Counted from the first letter of the stretch, positions 1-7,603 are shown. The stretch is 40,000 nt of DNA from Metallibacterium scheffleri (GCF_002077135.1 NZ_LDOS01000002.1:1411865-1451864), one strand, 5' to 3'. Numbers and translations are program-made. Notes: generated from the sequence alone by a model not told the origin.

Positions 1-133
1 ACAAACTGGTCAATCAGTTCCTTGGGAATGCGCGGCAGCACCGCTGCGGCCTTCCCCGCCTTCTTCGTCTTGCTTGGCATACATGCTCCGGTTCGTCATG
101 GTATGCCTCACACACAAAATTTTTGACAGGCTC
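1..133 (-). mobile_element. Terminal part of an IS256-family insertion sequence (partial, continues off the left edge)
   Basis: A minus-strand ATG at 80 opens [26 protein letters not shown], the typical N-terminus of IS256/mutator-type transposases. Identity to the full group II intron copy starts abruptly at 134, which places the IS terminus at ~133. Confidence 0.5.
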
Positions 134-1204
134 TTCGCGGCCCATGCCGAGCGCTACCTCGACGAGCTGGCGAGGGCGCTGCGCAGTGACACGTACCGGC
201 CCCAAGCGATCAGGCGGGTCGAGATTCCCAAAGGGCGGGGCCAAACCCGTCCACTGGGGATACCGACGGTGAAGGATCGCGTGGTGCAAACGGCGGTACG
301 GCTGGTGATTGAGCCGATCTTCGAGTCGCTCTTTTGCGCACACAGCTACGGGTTTCGGCCCGGCCGCGGTGCCAAGCGTGCGCTGCGGGAGGTGGATGCA
401 CTGCTGCGGGCGGGGTATTGCCATGTGGTGGATGCCGACCTTGCCGGCTACTTTGACAGCATTCCGCACGCCGGTCTGATGGCGCGGGTGCGCGAGCAGA
501 TCGCGGATGGCCGCGTACTGCGCTTGCTGGAATCGTGGCTCAAGCAGGAAGTGATGGCGGGACTGGAACGCTGGATCCCCACGGGCGGTACGCCGCAGGG
601 TGCGGTGATCAGTCCGCTGTTGTCCAATATCTACCTGCATGGGCTCGACGAGACGATGGCCGCAGGCGGCTATCGGATGGTGCGTTATGCCGATGACTTC
701 GTGGTGCTGTGTCAGACCGCGGATGAGGCGCAACGTGCGCTGGCCGAGATTGGCACGTGGGTGGACGCCCACGAGCTGACCTTGCACCCGGACAAGACCC
801 ACGTCGGCGACTGCCGACAGGTAGGCCGCGGGTTCGAGTTTCTGGGCTATCGGTTCGAGGCCGGTCAACGCCGGGTACGCACGAAGAGCTGGAACGCGAT
901 GCTGGACAAAATTCGACAGCACACGCCGCGTACCAAGGGGCGTTCGCTGGCGAGCATCATCAGCCAGATCAACCCGATGCTGCGGGGCTGGTACCAGTAC
1001 TTCAGGCATGCCCACCGGATCACTTTCAGCAAGCTCGACGGGTTTATCCGCCGGCGTCTGCGCTCTATCCTTCGTGCATACGAGGGTCGGCGTGGGCACG
1101 GTCACACCCGCGAGGACCATCAGCGCTGGCCCAATAGCTACTTCGCTCAGCAGGGGCTTTTCACGTTAACCCAAGCCCATGCCTTGGCGTGCCGATCTCG
1201 ATGA
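134..1204 (+). pseudogene. Group II intron reverse transcriptase/maturase, N-terminally truncated
   Basis: From [12 protein letters not shown] onward the ORF 74..1204 matches the 443-aa RT at 26846..28177, including YADDFVV and the maturase RGWYQYF. The first ~20 codons of the ORF are unrelated junction sequence. Confidence 0.85.
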
Positions 1205-1221
1205 AGCAACCACCCACTGGA

Positions 1222-1254
1222 GAGCCGTGTGCGGGAGAACCGCACGCACGGTTC
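1222..1254 (+). ncRNA. Group II intron domain V (catalytic hairpin) of the truncated copy
   Basis: GAGCCGTGTGCGG-GAGA-ACCGCACGCACGGTTC: AGC triad, GNRA loop and bulged 3' arm, matching the domain V consensus. Confidence 0.8.
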
Positions 1255-1295
1255 GGAGGGCGGGGAGGTGATGAGCCTTCCCGACCCCTATCAGC

Positions 1296-1550
1296 AGAAA
1301 GTGACGTTATCCCGGACCATTCTTCCCTGACGTCATCCCGGACGGCGCGCAGCGCCGAGCCGGGATCCAGATACACGCCCCGAAGAATGCGCGAAGCCGC
1401 AGCCACCCCGATCTACGCCACAATCTTGGCGCAACCTGTATCCCGACATCCTCGACAGCGCCGGAGACGCGGCCGCAACCACTGGATCCCCGCCTCCGCG
1501 GGGATGACAGCAAAAAACGACGTCATCCGGGCGGCCTCCGTCTCCCGGCA
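1296..1550. repeat. Cluster of REP-like hairpins between the intron remnant and the glycosyltransferase gene
   Basis: Hairpin ATCCCGG..CCGGGAT at 1335..1366. Hairpin CACTGGATCCCCGCCTCCGCGGGGATGAC at 1480..1508 (the 'IPAxAGM'-type REP). Confidence 0.6.
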
Positions 1551-2750
1551 TCACCCCACGCAGCCGCTCAACACCGCTTCGAAGCGATCGGTGATCGCGG
1601 CCAGATCGAAGGTGCGCTCGGCGTAGGCGCGCGCGCGCGCGGCCATGGCCTGGCGCGCGGCGTGGTCGGTACGCAGCGTGCGCGCGGCGGCGATGAAGGC
1701 CGCCGCGTCGCGCGGCTCGGCCACCAGGCCGGTCCCCTGGTCGCGGACGATGCGCGCGGCGAGGTTATCGGCCGGCACCGCCAGCAGCATCGCGCGCCCG
1801 GCGCAGTGATAGCTCAGCACCTTGGACGGCACCGAATACACGCCGGCATCGGGTTCGAGGATGCTCACCAGCACATCGGCGCTGGCCAGCACATCGGACA
1901 TCGCCTCGTAGGGCTGAAACGGATTCACGCGCAGGTTGCGCAGCCCCGCCGCCGCGGCCTGCGCGCGCAGCCAATCGGCCGGCGCGCCCTGCGAATTGAC
2001 CACCACTTCCACATCGTGGTCATCGGCAAAGGCCTTGGCCAGCGCCAGCAGCAGATCGGGATTGTGCTTGAAGCCCAGCGTGCCCGAATACAGAAACACC
2101 AGCTTGCGCTCCAGCCCCGCCGCCTGCGCCCACAGGTTGTCCTTGGCGCGCGGACGCACCTCATCCAGCGGCGCCCAGTTGGGGATGGTGGTGTAGCGCG
2201 CCGCAGCCACGCCGGCCGCCAGCACCGGCGCGCGGAAATCCTCGGTGATGCCCACCACCGCCGCGCTGCGCGCCAGCAGTCCCGCTTCCACGCGCTTGTA
2301 GTGCGCGCCCACCAGCGCGCCCAGCACCGGCAGGCGTTTGCGCAACACGCGATCGGTGGCCTCGGCCACCAGATCCTGCAGCCAGAACACCCAGGGAATA
2401 CCCTGCGCATGGCACGCCGCATCCAGCGCGCGCACCGCATCCAGCGGCGCGTTGGCGCACATCACCACGTCCGGTTTCAGCGCGACGATGCGCCGTGCCA
2501 GCAAGCGCCCATACAAGCGCTCCAGCCGCCAGCGCCGCACGAACGCGCGCTTGTCCACCGGCCGCGGCAGCGCGATGCCCTCGATCAGCAACTCATCCGG
2601 ATCATCGCCGCGCCGCGCCAGACCGCCCTTGGGCGTGGTCGGATTGGAGGCGTTGTAGAGCAGCGTCACGCGGTGCCCGCGCCGCGCCAGCGAACGCGCC
2701 AGTTGCGCGATGAAGGCGTGACCGCCGTAGTCATGAACCAGCACGTGCAT
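1551..2750 (-). CDS. GT4-family glycosyltransferase, WcaI/WbuB-like
   Basis: Start taken at MHVLVHDYGGHAFIAQLARSL (ATG at 2750). GT-B fold motifs, including SVPSKVLSYHCAGRAML. The upstream 66 codons of the ORF are REP-derived. Confidence 0.8.
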   Translation of the reverse strand: MHVLVHDYGGHAFIAQLARSLARRGHRVTLLYNASNPTTPKGGLARRGDDPDELLIEGIALPRPVDKRAFVRRWRLERLYGRLLARRIVALKPDVVMCANAPLDAVRALDAACHAQGIPWVFWLQDLVAEATDRVLRKRLPVLGALVGAHYKRVEAGLLARSAAVVGITEDFRAPVLAAGVAAARYTTIPNWAPLDEVRPRAKDNLWAQAAGLERKLVFLYSGTLGFKHNPDLLLALAKAFADDHDVEVVVNSQGAPADWLRAQAAAAGLRNLRVNPFQPYEAMSDVLASADVLVSILEPDAGVYSVPSKVLSYHCAGRAMLLAVPADNLAARIVRDQGTGLVAEPRDAAAFIAAARTLRTDHAARQAMAARARAYAERTFDLAAITDRFEAVLSGCVG

Positions 2751-2904
2751 TCCACTCTCCGCTGTGCAATGAGCCGCAAGCATAACCGCGCAAGCACAAG
2801 GCTTGGCGTGATTGCCAGGCACGCCCCGTTGCCATCTGACCCGCCCTGGCATGCCAGACGCAGCGAAGCAACTTCCCCACGCAAACCTTCCCGCGCTCCT
2901 ACTT

Positions 2905-2930
2905 GTCATCCTGAGCACAGCGAAGGATCT
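2905..2930 (+). repeat. REP element (GTCATCCTGAGCNCAGCGAAGGATC type)
   Basis: Same ~26-nt motif recurs more than 15 times in the window. It yields spurious 'ILRCAQDDK/SAAKDL' ORF segments. Confidence 0.75.
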
Positions 2931-2944
2931 TCCCCGCGACCACC

Positions 2945-3242
2945 TCACCTCCCGAACAAAAAATCCGCCTGCACCGCGCGGCCGTCGCGATCGTTCGCCA
3001 TGTTGTACACACGGATCAGCCGCAACCCGCGCGCGCGCAGCCCGGCGATCACCTCATTCGCCAGCGCCTGGCCCGCGTACAGCTCGACAAACGAGCATTC
3101 GCCGTACACCCACGCGAACGCGTCCAGCAAGGTTTCGCAACCGCGCAGCGCCTGCAGTTCGTAGCTCTGCACGTCCAGCTTGAGCGGCGCCGGCGCGGCA
3201 ATGTCCGCGCGCTGAGCACGTCGTCCAGCCGGCGCACCTCGA
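2945..3242 (-). pseudogene. 3' fragment of an FkbM-family methyltransferase gene (junction copy J5, frameshifted)
   Basis: Encodes ...DIAAPAPLKLDVQSYELQALRGCETLLDAFAWVYGECSFVELYAGQALANEVIAGLRARGLRLIRVYNMANDRDGRAVQADFLFGR, homologous to the C-terminus of the intact gene 11686..12444. A 1-nt deletion lies near EVRRLDDVL. Confidence 0.8.
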
Positions 3243-3258
3243 TCGCGGCGCGGCGTGC

Positions 3259-3540
3259 TCAGGCTGCTTCCCGTACGCGCATTTCCACGCGCAGACCGGC
3301 CGCCGCCGCCATGTTGACCAGCGCATCGAGGCCGAACAGGTTGATCTTGCCGCGCATCAGGTCGGAGACGCGCGGCTGCGTCACGCCGAACAGCCTGGCG
3401 GCCTGCGCCTGGCTCATTTCGGTGCGGGTGATGTGCTTCTTGAGCGCCATCATCAGCGCGGAACGCAGCTTCATATTCTCGACCTCGGCCGGCGTATCCT
3501 CGATCGCATCCCACACGCTGGCATGTCGTTGCTTGCTCAT
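3259..3540 (-). CDS. XRE-family HTH antitoxin (HigA-like)
   Basis: 93 aa with HTH MSQAQAARLFGVTQPRVSDLMRGK. ATGA overlap with the upstream toxin gene. Confidence 0.8.
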   Translation of the reverse strand: MSKQRHASVWDAIEDTPAEVENMKLRSALMMALKKHITRTEMSQAQAARLFGVTQPRVSDLMRGKINLFGLDALVNMAAAAGLRVEMRVREAA

Positions 3541-3875
3541 GGTCCCAACTCCTTCTGCAATTCACGGTAGCGCTTGGCGACCAAGTCCAGATCCATCTTG
3601 CGGGTCTTTTCTGTCTTCTTCTGGAAGCAATGCAGCACATAGACGACATCGACCCACTTCGCCACGTAAATGATGCGGAACGCGCCGGCGGCGTCCCGTA
3701 TCCGAATCTCTTTCACACCCTTGCCAATGCTCGCCATCGGCTTCCAGTCGTCAGGCTCCTGACCGTGTTGCACCTGGTCGAGCTGATGGCCTGCCTCGCG
3801 CCGGGCCGCCAATGGAAAGGCGCGCAAGTCGTCGAGGGAGCTGCCGCGGAAATCGACAGGTTTGGGGCCGGGCAT
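3537..3875 (-). CDS. RelE/HigB-superfamily toxin, phage Gp49-like
   Basis: MPGPKPVDFRGSSLDDLRAFP...AFRIIYVAKWVDVVYVLHCFQKKTEKT is the typical Gp49/COG4679 pattern. Start chosen at the ATG at 3875. Confidence 0.75.
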   Translation of the reverse strand: MPGPKPVDFRGSSLDDLRAFPLAARREAGHQLDQVQHGQEPDDWKPMASIGKGVKEIRIRDAAGAFRIIYVAKWVDVVYVLHCFQKKTEKTRKMDLDLVAKRYRELQKELGP

Positions 3876-3884
3876 GCGGCAAAT

Positions 3885-3900
3885 ATACAAAATATTGTAT
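3885..3900. promoter_or_regulatory. Candidate operator palindrome ATACAA-N4-TTGTAT in the AT-rich toxin-antitoxin promoter
   Basis: 6-bp inverted repeat 10 nt upstream of the toxin ATG, in the only AT-rich patch locally. Confidence 0.3.
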
Positions 3901-4020
3901 TGACCAGCAACCGGTGCAAACGATGGCTCGAACCGGGTCAAGCCCTACCTTGCTGAGCGCGGCGAAGAATCTCGGTATTGCTCTCGTGCCCGCACCACCT
4001 GCGCCGTGCTGCATCCAGTC

Positions 4021-4095
4021 TGCGCGCGTCGTCAAGACGACGCGCCGCGCATCCTGGTCATCGATATCGGCAACCGACGTAAAGTCTACCGATGA
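4021..4095 (+). pseudogene. 3' remnant of a RelE/ParE-family toxin gene
   Basis: Reads ...QDDAPRILVIDIGNRRKVYR*, a typical RelE C-terminus, with no upstream gene body. It is part of the 88-bp repeat shared with 7700..7787. Confidence 0.5.
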
Positions 4096-4164
4096 GCGCC
4101 GAGAAACGCGGCGTGGCCACACCGGCACCCCGAATTGCTTGGGGAGTTGGTGTGTTGGCCTAGG

Positions 4165-4312
4165 AGCCTGTCGGACTTTCAGAAAACCGCCAAATTGTGG
4201 CCAGGAATTGATCAAAATGGTCGGCGTGGGTCGCCTCAAATTGAGTTCGAGTGTTCGTGTTGCAACAGAATCATCGACGTACGAGGCGCATCTCATCAAA
4301 GTCCGACAGGCT
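4165..4312. repeat. 15-bp perfect inverted repeat (AGCCTGTCGGACTTT / AAAGTCCGACAGGCT) flanking a 118-bp lower-GC spacer
   Basis: Read directly from the sequence at 4165..4179 and 4298..4312. Confidence 0.6.
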
Positions 4313-4359
4313 GCTAGCGCGGATTTGACCCCACCCGGATGCACTTTTAAAGTAAGAAA

Positions 4360-4375
4360 GTAAGGATTGCCTTAC
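4360..4375. promoter_or_regulatory. Candidate operator GTAAGG-N4-CCTTAC immediately upstream of the mazE-like SD
   Basis: Inverted repeat followed by GGAGG and the ATG at 4390. Confidence 0.3.
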
Positions 4376-4389
4376 CGGAGGCTCTCGCC

Positions 4390-4620
4390 ATGCGCGCCAT
4401 CGCCAAAATCACCGCCAAAGGTCAAACCACGATCCCGCAAGACGTTCGCGCCGCACTGCACGTCGCCCCTGGCGATCTGATCGCGTGGGAAGTCCGCGCC
4501 GATGGCACCGCGACGGTGCGCCGGGTGCAGCCGCTGGACATCGATTATCTGCGCGCCGTCGAGGGCACGCTCTCCGAATGGCACAGCCCTGCGGACGAAG
4601 AGGCCTACCGTGGGCTTTGA
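4390..4620 (+). CDS. AbrB/MazE/SpoVT-family antitoxin
   Basis: MRAIAKITAKGQTTIPQDVRAAL is a swapped-hairpin AbrB-type motif. SD GGAGG lies upstream. Confidence 0.8.
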   Translation: MRAIAKITAKGQTTIPQDVRAALHVAPGDLIAWEVRADGTATVRRVQPLDIDYLRAVEGTLSEWHSPADEEAYRGL

Positions 4621-4954
4621 GCGCTACGCCGTCGTGCGCGTGCCCTTTCCGTTCACCGATCGCAATGCCAGCAAGAACCGCCCGGCGCTGGTGCTCTCGG
4701 ATGACGCTGCGTTCAATACCCCTGCGGGCCATTCGGTGATGGCGATGATCACCACCGCCGCAAATCCACCCTGGCCACTGGACTGCCCGATCACCGATAT
4801 GGCCGCCGCGGGCCTGCCGTCGGTTTCGCTGGTGCGGTTCAAGCTGTTCACGCTGGATCATCGGCTTGTCCGTGGCGTCTTGGGTACGCTGGCCACCGCC
4901 GACGCGGATGCTGTGCGCATGCACATGCTGCGGTTGTTCGCCTGCGCGCCATAG
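4610..4954 (+). CDS. MazF/PemK-family toxin
   Basis: GTG at 4610 overlaps the antitoxin stop. VRVPFPFTDRNASKNRPALVLS...VRFKLFTLD is characteristic of PemK-like proteins. Confidence 0.75.
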   Translation: MGFERYAVVRVPFPFTDRNASKNRPALVLSDDAAFNTPAGHSVMAMITTAANPPWPLDCPITDMAAAGLPSVSLVRFKLFTLDHRLVRGVLGTLATADADAVRMHMLRLFACAP

Positions 4955-4964
4955 GCGGCGCCGA

Positions 4965-5126
4965 TCAAGCACACGCTGGCGATGGTGCGCATCCTGCATG
5001 CGCCCGCACCGCACGATCAGATGCGTGTTCGAGACCACAATCGGCGACATGTTCCGCGACATGGCCACGATCCGCCAGCAGGCGCGCCAACGCTGGCGGA
5101 AGCTGTGCATCCAGCAGAAAGCGCAT
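4965..5126 (-). pseudogene. DUF5615 (PIN-like) toxin homologue, truncated after ~40 conserved codons
   Basis: My own translation gives MRFLLDAQLPPALARLLADRGHVAEHVADCGLEHASDR..., the canonical DUF5615 N-terminus, with a TGATG overlap to the DUF433 gene. It stops at 53 aa, just before the convergent mazF-like 3' end. Confidence 0.55.
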
Positions 5127-5350
5127 CAAGCAGCCCGCAGCACGGGGTGGTCGCTCTGCATGGCGGCAAACTCAAGCGCTGCCGTGATGTCAGCCGGCTC
5201 CAGGTAGGGGTAATCAGCCAGGATCTCTTCGCGGCTGGCGCCGCTGGCCAGCAGATCAAGCACGTCTTTCACCCGCAGCCGCAAGCCACGAATGCACGGA
5301 CGGCCCCCGAGCTGTTCGGAATTCACGGTGATCCGATGTAGCTCACTCAT
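5126..5350 (-). CDS. DUF433-family protein (antitoxin-like partner of DUF5615)
   Basis: MSELHRITVNSEQLGGRPCIRGLRLRVKDVLDLLASGASREEILADYPYLEPADITAAL matches the DUF433 signature. Confidence 0.75.
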   Translation of the reverse strand: MSELHRITVNSEQLGGRPCIRGLRLRVKDVLDLLASGASREEILADYPYLEPADITAALEFAAMQSDHPVLRAA

Positions 5351-5456
5351 GGCAATGCTCCTGATCAAGGCTGCACGACTGATCCGTGCTGTGTGCTCCA
5401 GCGGCGCTTGCGCGGACAAGCACCGGCCCGTGCGCGCTGCGGCAACCCGCAACGCC

Positions 5457-5600
5457 GAGATCCTTCGGGCAATGCCCTCAGGATGACAACGGAAAAGTGA
5501 CAACGAAAACCTTTGTCATTCTGAGCGCAGCGAAGAATCTTCCCCGCACACACCTTCCCGCTCTTTGTCATTCCGGGCGCAGCGAAGAATCTTCCCCACG
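5457..5600. repeat. Composite REP (BIME-like) cluster
   Basis: GAGATCCTTCGGGCAATGCCCTCAGGATGAC (inverted REP) + GGAAAAGTGACAACGAAAACCTTT linker + GTCATTCTGAGCGCAGCGAAGAATC, then another REP. The same composite recurs at ~9975..10058 and ~11625..11708. Confidence 0.75.
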
Positions 5601-5606
5601 ACCACT

Positions 5607-5900
5607 TCACCGCCCAAACAAAAAATCCGCCTGCACCGCGCGGCCGGCATGGTCGAAGGCCATGTTGTACGCGCCCAGCAACCCGAACCCGCGCTCGCGC
5701 AGCCAGGCGATCACCTCGACCGCGGCGTGGCCGGCCTCCTGCGTACCTGGGAAGATCCGCGTCTGCTCGCTGCCGATCGGCAGCAGCGACGACGAGTCGT
5801 CGCGCGCCGACACATGCATCGACGCCATGCCGGCGCGCTCGCCCACCGCGCAGGCATGCAGGGTCACGCGGGCATTACGTGCAAACACGCGGCGAAACAC
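5607..5900 (-). pseudogene. FkbM methyltransferase gene fragment with internal deletion (junction copy J4)
   Basis: ...HVSARDDSSSLLPIGSEQTRIFPGTQEAGHAAVE is joined directly to VIAWLRERGFGLLGAYNMAFDHAGRAVQADFLFGR. About 50 codons present in the intact gene are missing. Confidence 0.8.
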
Positions 5901-5909
5901 CGCGGCAAC

Positions 5910-6317
5910 TCAGGCAGCCCGCACTTCGGCCAGTAAGTCCGGATGACGCTCAAGCACTTTCAAGAGTTTCACCAGTGCCAGAGGTGGCTTGGTCTTGCCG
6001 TTTTCATAACGGGAGAAGGCATTGACACCGCCGCCGAAAATCTCGGCCGCCTCTTGCTGGTCGAGGCGCAGCTTCTTGCGCACGCTGGCGATGAAGTCCG
6101 GATTGACCATCGCGGCGTTCACCTGTTTGTTGAATGCCAACATCAGGCTCATCGTGCGGCGAGATTCAGCCACATCCAGAATCGACTCATCACAGGCAGG
6201 ACAAAAGTCGCCCGTCACTTGGGTAAGCACGGTCGACTCGCCCTTGTAGGTGTAGGGCACATCGCGGGTGTCGTGCACCAGCTTTTCCGCTCCGCAAATC
6301 GGGCACTTCATGGTCAT
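5910..6317 (-). CDS. mqsA: MqsA-family antitoxin (Zn-ribbon + XRE HTH)
   Basis: MKCPICGAEKLVHDTRDVPYTYKGE...GDFCPACDESI, followed by an HTH domain. Overlaps the mqsR-like stop. Confidence 0.85.
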   Translation of the reverse strand: MTMKCPICGAEKLVHDTRDVPYTYKGESTVLTQVTGDFCPACDESILDVAESRRTMSLMLAFNKQVNAAMVNPDFIASVRKKLRLDQQEAAEIFGGGVNAFSRYENGKTKPPLALVKLLKVLERHPDLLAEVRAA

Positions 6318-6610
6318 AGCTCCTTGAAAGACACGATGAGCACGTCATCAATCACCATCAGCTTGAGATACATCTCGCCGGCCGACGTCGTTGGGCGGTA
6401 AACGTCCTGCCACACCCGATGATCCGCGTGGGTTGTCATGCTCTTGTGGAAGTCGGCGGTGGTCAGCGCCAGAACCACGGCAAGCATGCCGTCGAAATCG
6501 AACCCCAACGCCGCGCCACCTTCGCGGGCAGCCCTTGTCGTGCGCACCTGGCCTGCACGGGCCAAGGCCTTCACGACGGCCAGCTTGCAGTGAGGTGTGC
6601 CTTTCTCCAT
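6314..6610 (-). CDS. mqsR: MqsR-family mRNA interferase toxin
   Basis: 98 aa; MEKGTPHCKLAVVKALARAGQVRTT...YLKLMVIDDVLIVSFKEL resembles MqsR. Toxin-first gene order as in mqsRA. Confidence 0.8.
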   Translation of the reverse strand: MEKGTPHCKLAVVKALARAGQVRTTRAAREGGAALGFDFDGMLAVVLALTTADFHKSMTTHADHRVWQDVYRPTTSAGEMYLKLMVIDDVLIVSFKEL

Positions 6611-6619
6611 GGCGAAATT

Positions 6620-6634
6620 TAACCTAGTAGGTTA
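6620..6634. promoter_or_regulatory. MqsA-type operator palindrome TAACCT-AGT-AGGTTA
   Basis: Lies 10 nt upstream of the mqsR-like ATG. Matches the established MqsA recognition palindrome ACCT-N(2-4)-AGGT. Confidence 0.6.
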
Positions 6635-6714
6635 CTTCTAGCAAGGGCCAGCGTGCTGTAGAGGGGGATACGCCCCGGCTCGCTGTCACACCCCGGCTTG
6701 CGGACACATTGCCG

Positions 6715-6870
6715 GCCTGCGGTCGTCACCGGGCGGCGGCAGCGAAGCATCTTCCCCGCACACACCTTCCCGCTCTTTGTCATTCTGAGCGCAGCGAAGA
6801 ATCTTCCCCGCGACCACCTCCCCGCCCCTTCTTGTCATCCTGAGCGCAGCGAAGGATCTTCCACCCGACC
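6715..6870 (+). repeat. REP cluster (three to four GTCATYCTGAGCGCAGCGAAGRATC-type units)
   Basis: Read directly from the sequence. Produces the spurious ORFs 6686..6877 and 6780..7025. Confidence 0.7.
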
Positions 6871-6877
6871 ACCTCAC

Positions 6878-6935
6878 CTCCCAAACAAGGAATCCGCCTG
6901 CACCGCGCGGCCATCGCGGTCATTCGCCATGTCTG
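6878..6935 (-). pseudogene. Very short 3'-end remnant of the FkbM methyltransferase gene (junction copy J3)
   Basis: CCAAACAAGGAATCCGCCTGCACCGCGCGGCCATCGCGGTCATTCGCCATGT aligns with the last ~17 codons (..MANDRDGRAVQAD.LFGR*) of the other copies. Confidence 0.65.
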
Positions 6936-7133
6936 GCAACCGCAGACAACCGCATCCGCATCAGTCCCGCCGCGCCAAAGGGTTCCGAGCGCAGCGAAGC
7001 ATCCCGCACGTGTTCTCGCGCCCATTGTCCGAGCGCGAATGCGGTTATACGGAAGTGGCTGAAGGTGGATGTCTTGCGCGAATCAGACCGGCTGCGGCGG
7101 CGCTCGGGCCAGGTGCTGGCTGCGGCTTGCGCT

Positions 7134-7409
7134 TCACGGGTACTCGCGGTGCGCGTGCAGAACGCCGATGATCTCGATTTGGTCGGCCAGAACCCGGTAG
7201 ATCACGATGTAATTCGGGTGCACGACCAGCTCACGCGTGCCGGCGACTCGGCCGGCGCGGTACAGATAGGGGTGCTCCGACAGCGGCAACACGGACGCCT
7301 CGATGAGGGCTTGCAGTTCTTCGGCGGCAGCCGGATTGAACAGCGCAATGTAGGCCGCGATCGCGTCCAGTTCATCGAGCGCCTTGGCACTCCAGCGAAG
7401 GGGCAGCAT
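7134..7409 (-). CDS. ParE/RelE-family toxin
   Basis: MLPLRWSAKALDELDAIAAYI...YRAGRVAGTRELVVHPNYIVIYRVLADQIEIIGVLHAHREYP is a typical ParE fold signature. Confidence 0.8.
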   Translation of the reverse strand: MLPLRWSAKALDELDAIAAYIALFNPAAAEELQALIEASVLPLSEHPYLYRAGRVAGTRELVVHPNYIVIYRVLADQIEIIGVLHAHREYP

Positions 7410-7603
7410 TACGCCGGCTTCTGTTGCTTGCGCCTCGCCGCCTCGATGGTCGCTCGGACGCGCGCCATCGCTTCATCGTGCGGCACGCTAGGCCGCGGGT
7501 CATCGAGCGCGGCTTGCACCTGGGCACGCAACCAGCGGTCATAGCTGGTCGCTTGCTCATCGGTCTCGAACTCGGAAATCAGCGGGTCAAGGCGTGTGTT
7601 CAT
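7409..7603 (-). CDS. Putative cognate antitoxin of the ParE/RelE toxin
   Basis: 64-aa acidic protein directly upstream, overlapping the toxin start by 1 nt. Family not recognised from sequence alone. Confidence 0.55.
   Translation of the reverse strand: MNTRLDPLISEFETDEQATSYDRWLRAQVQAALDDPRPSVPHDEAMARVRATIEAARRKQQKPA

Larger units (their letters stand above)
134..1291 (+). mobile_element. 5'-truncated group II intron copy (RT/maturase remnant plus domains V-VI)
   Basis: Near-identical to the reverse complement of 26759..27916. Ends with the same domain V/VI sequence and ...CCCCTAT 3' terminus. Domains I-III and the RT N-terminus are missing. Confidence 0.85.

Noticed and set aside
5386-5946. 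ORFs lying wholly in REP clusters (for example 5365..5610, 6686..6877, 6780..7025, 8586..8885, 9892..10398, 11412..11771)
   Set aside because: They are composed of repeated REP translations and methyltransferase-fragment antisense. There are no start or RBS signals and no coherent domain.
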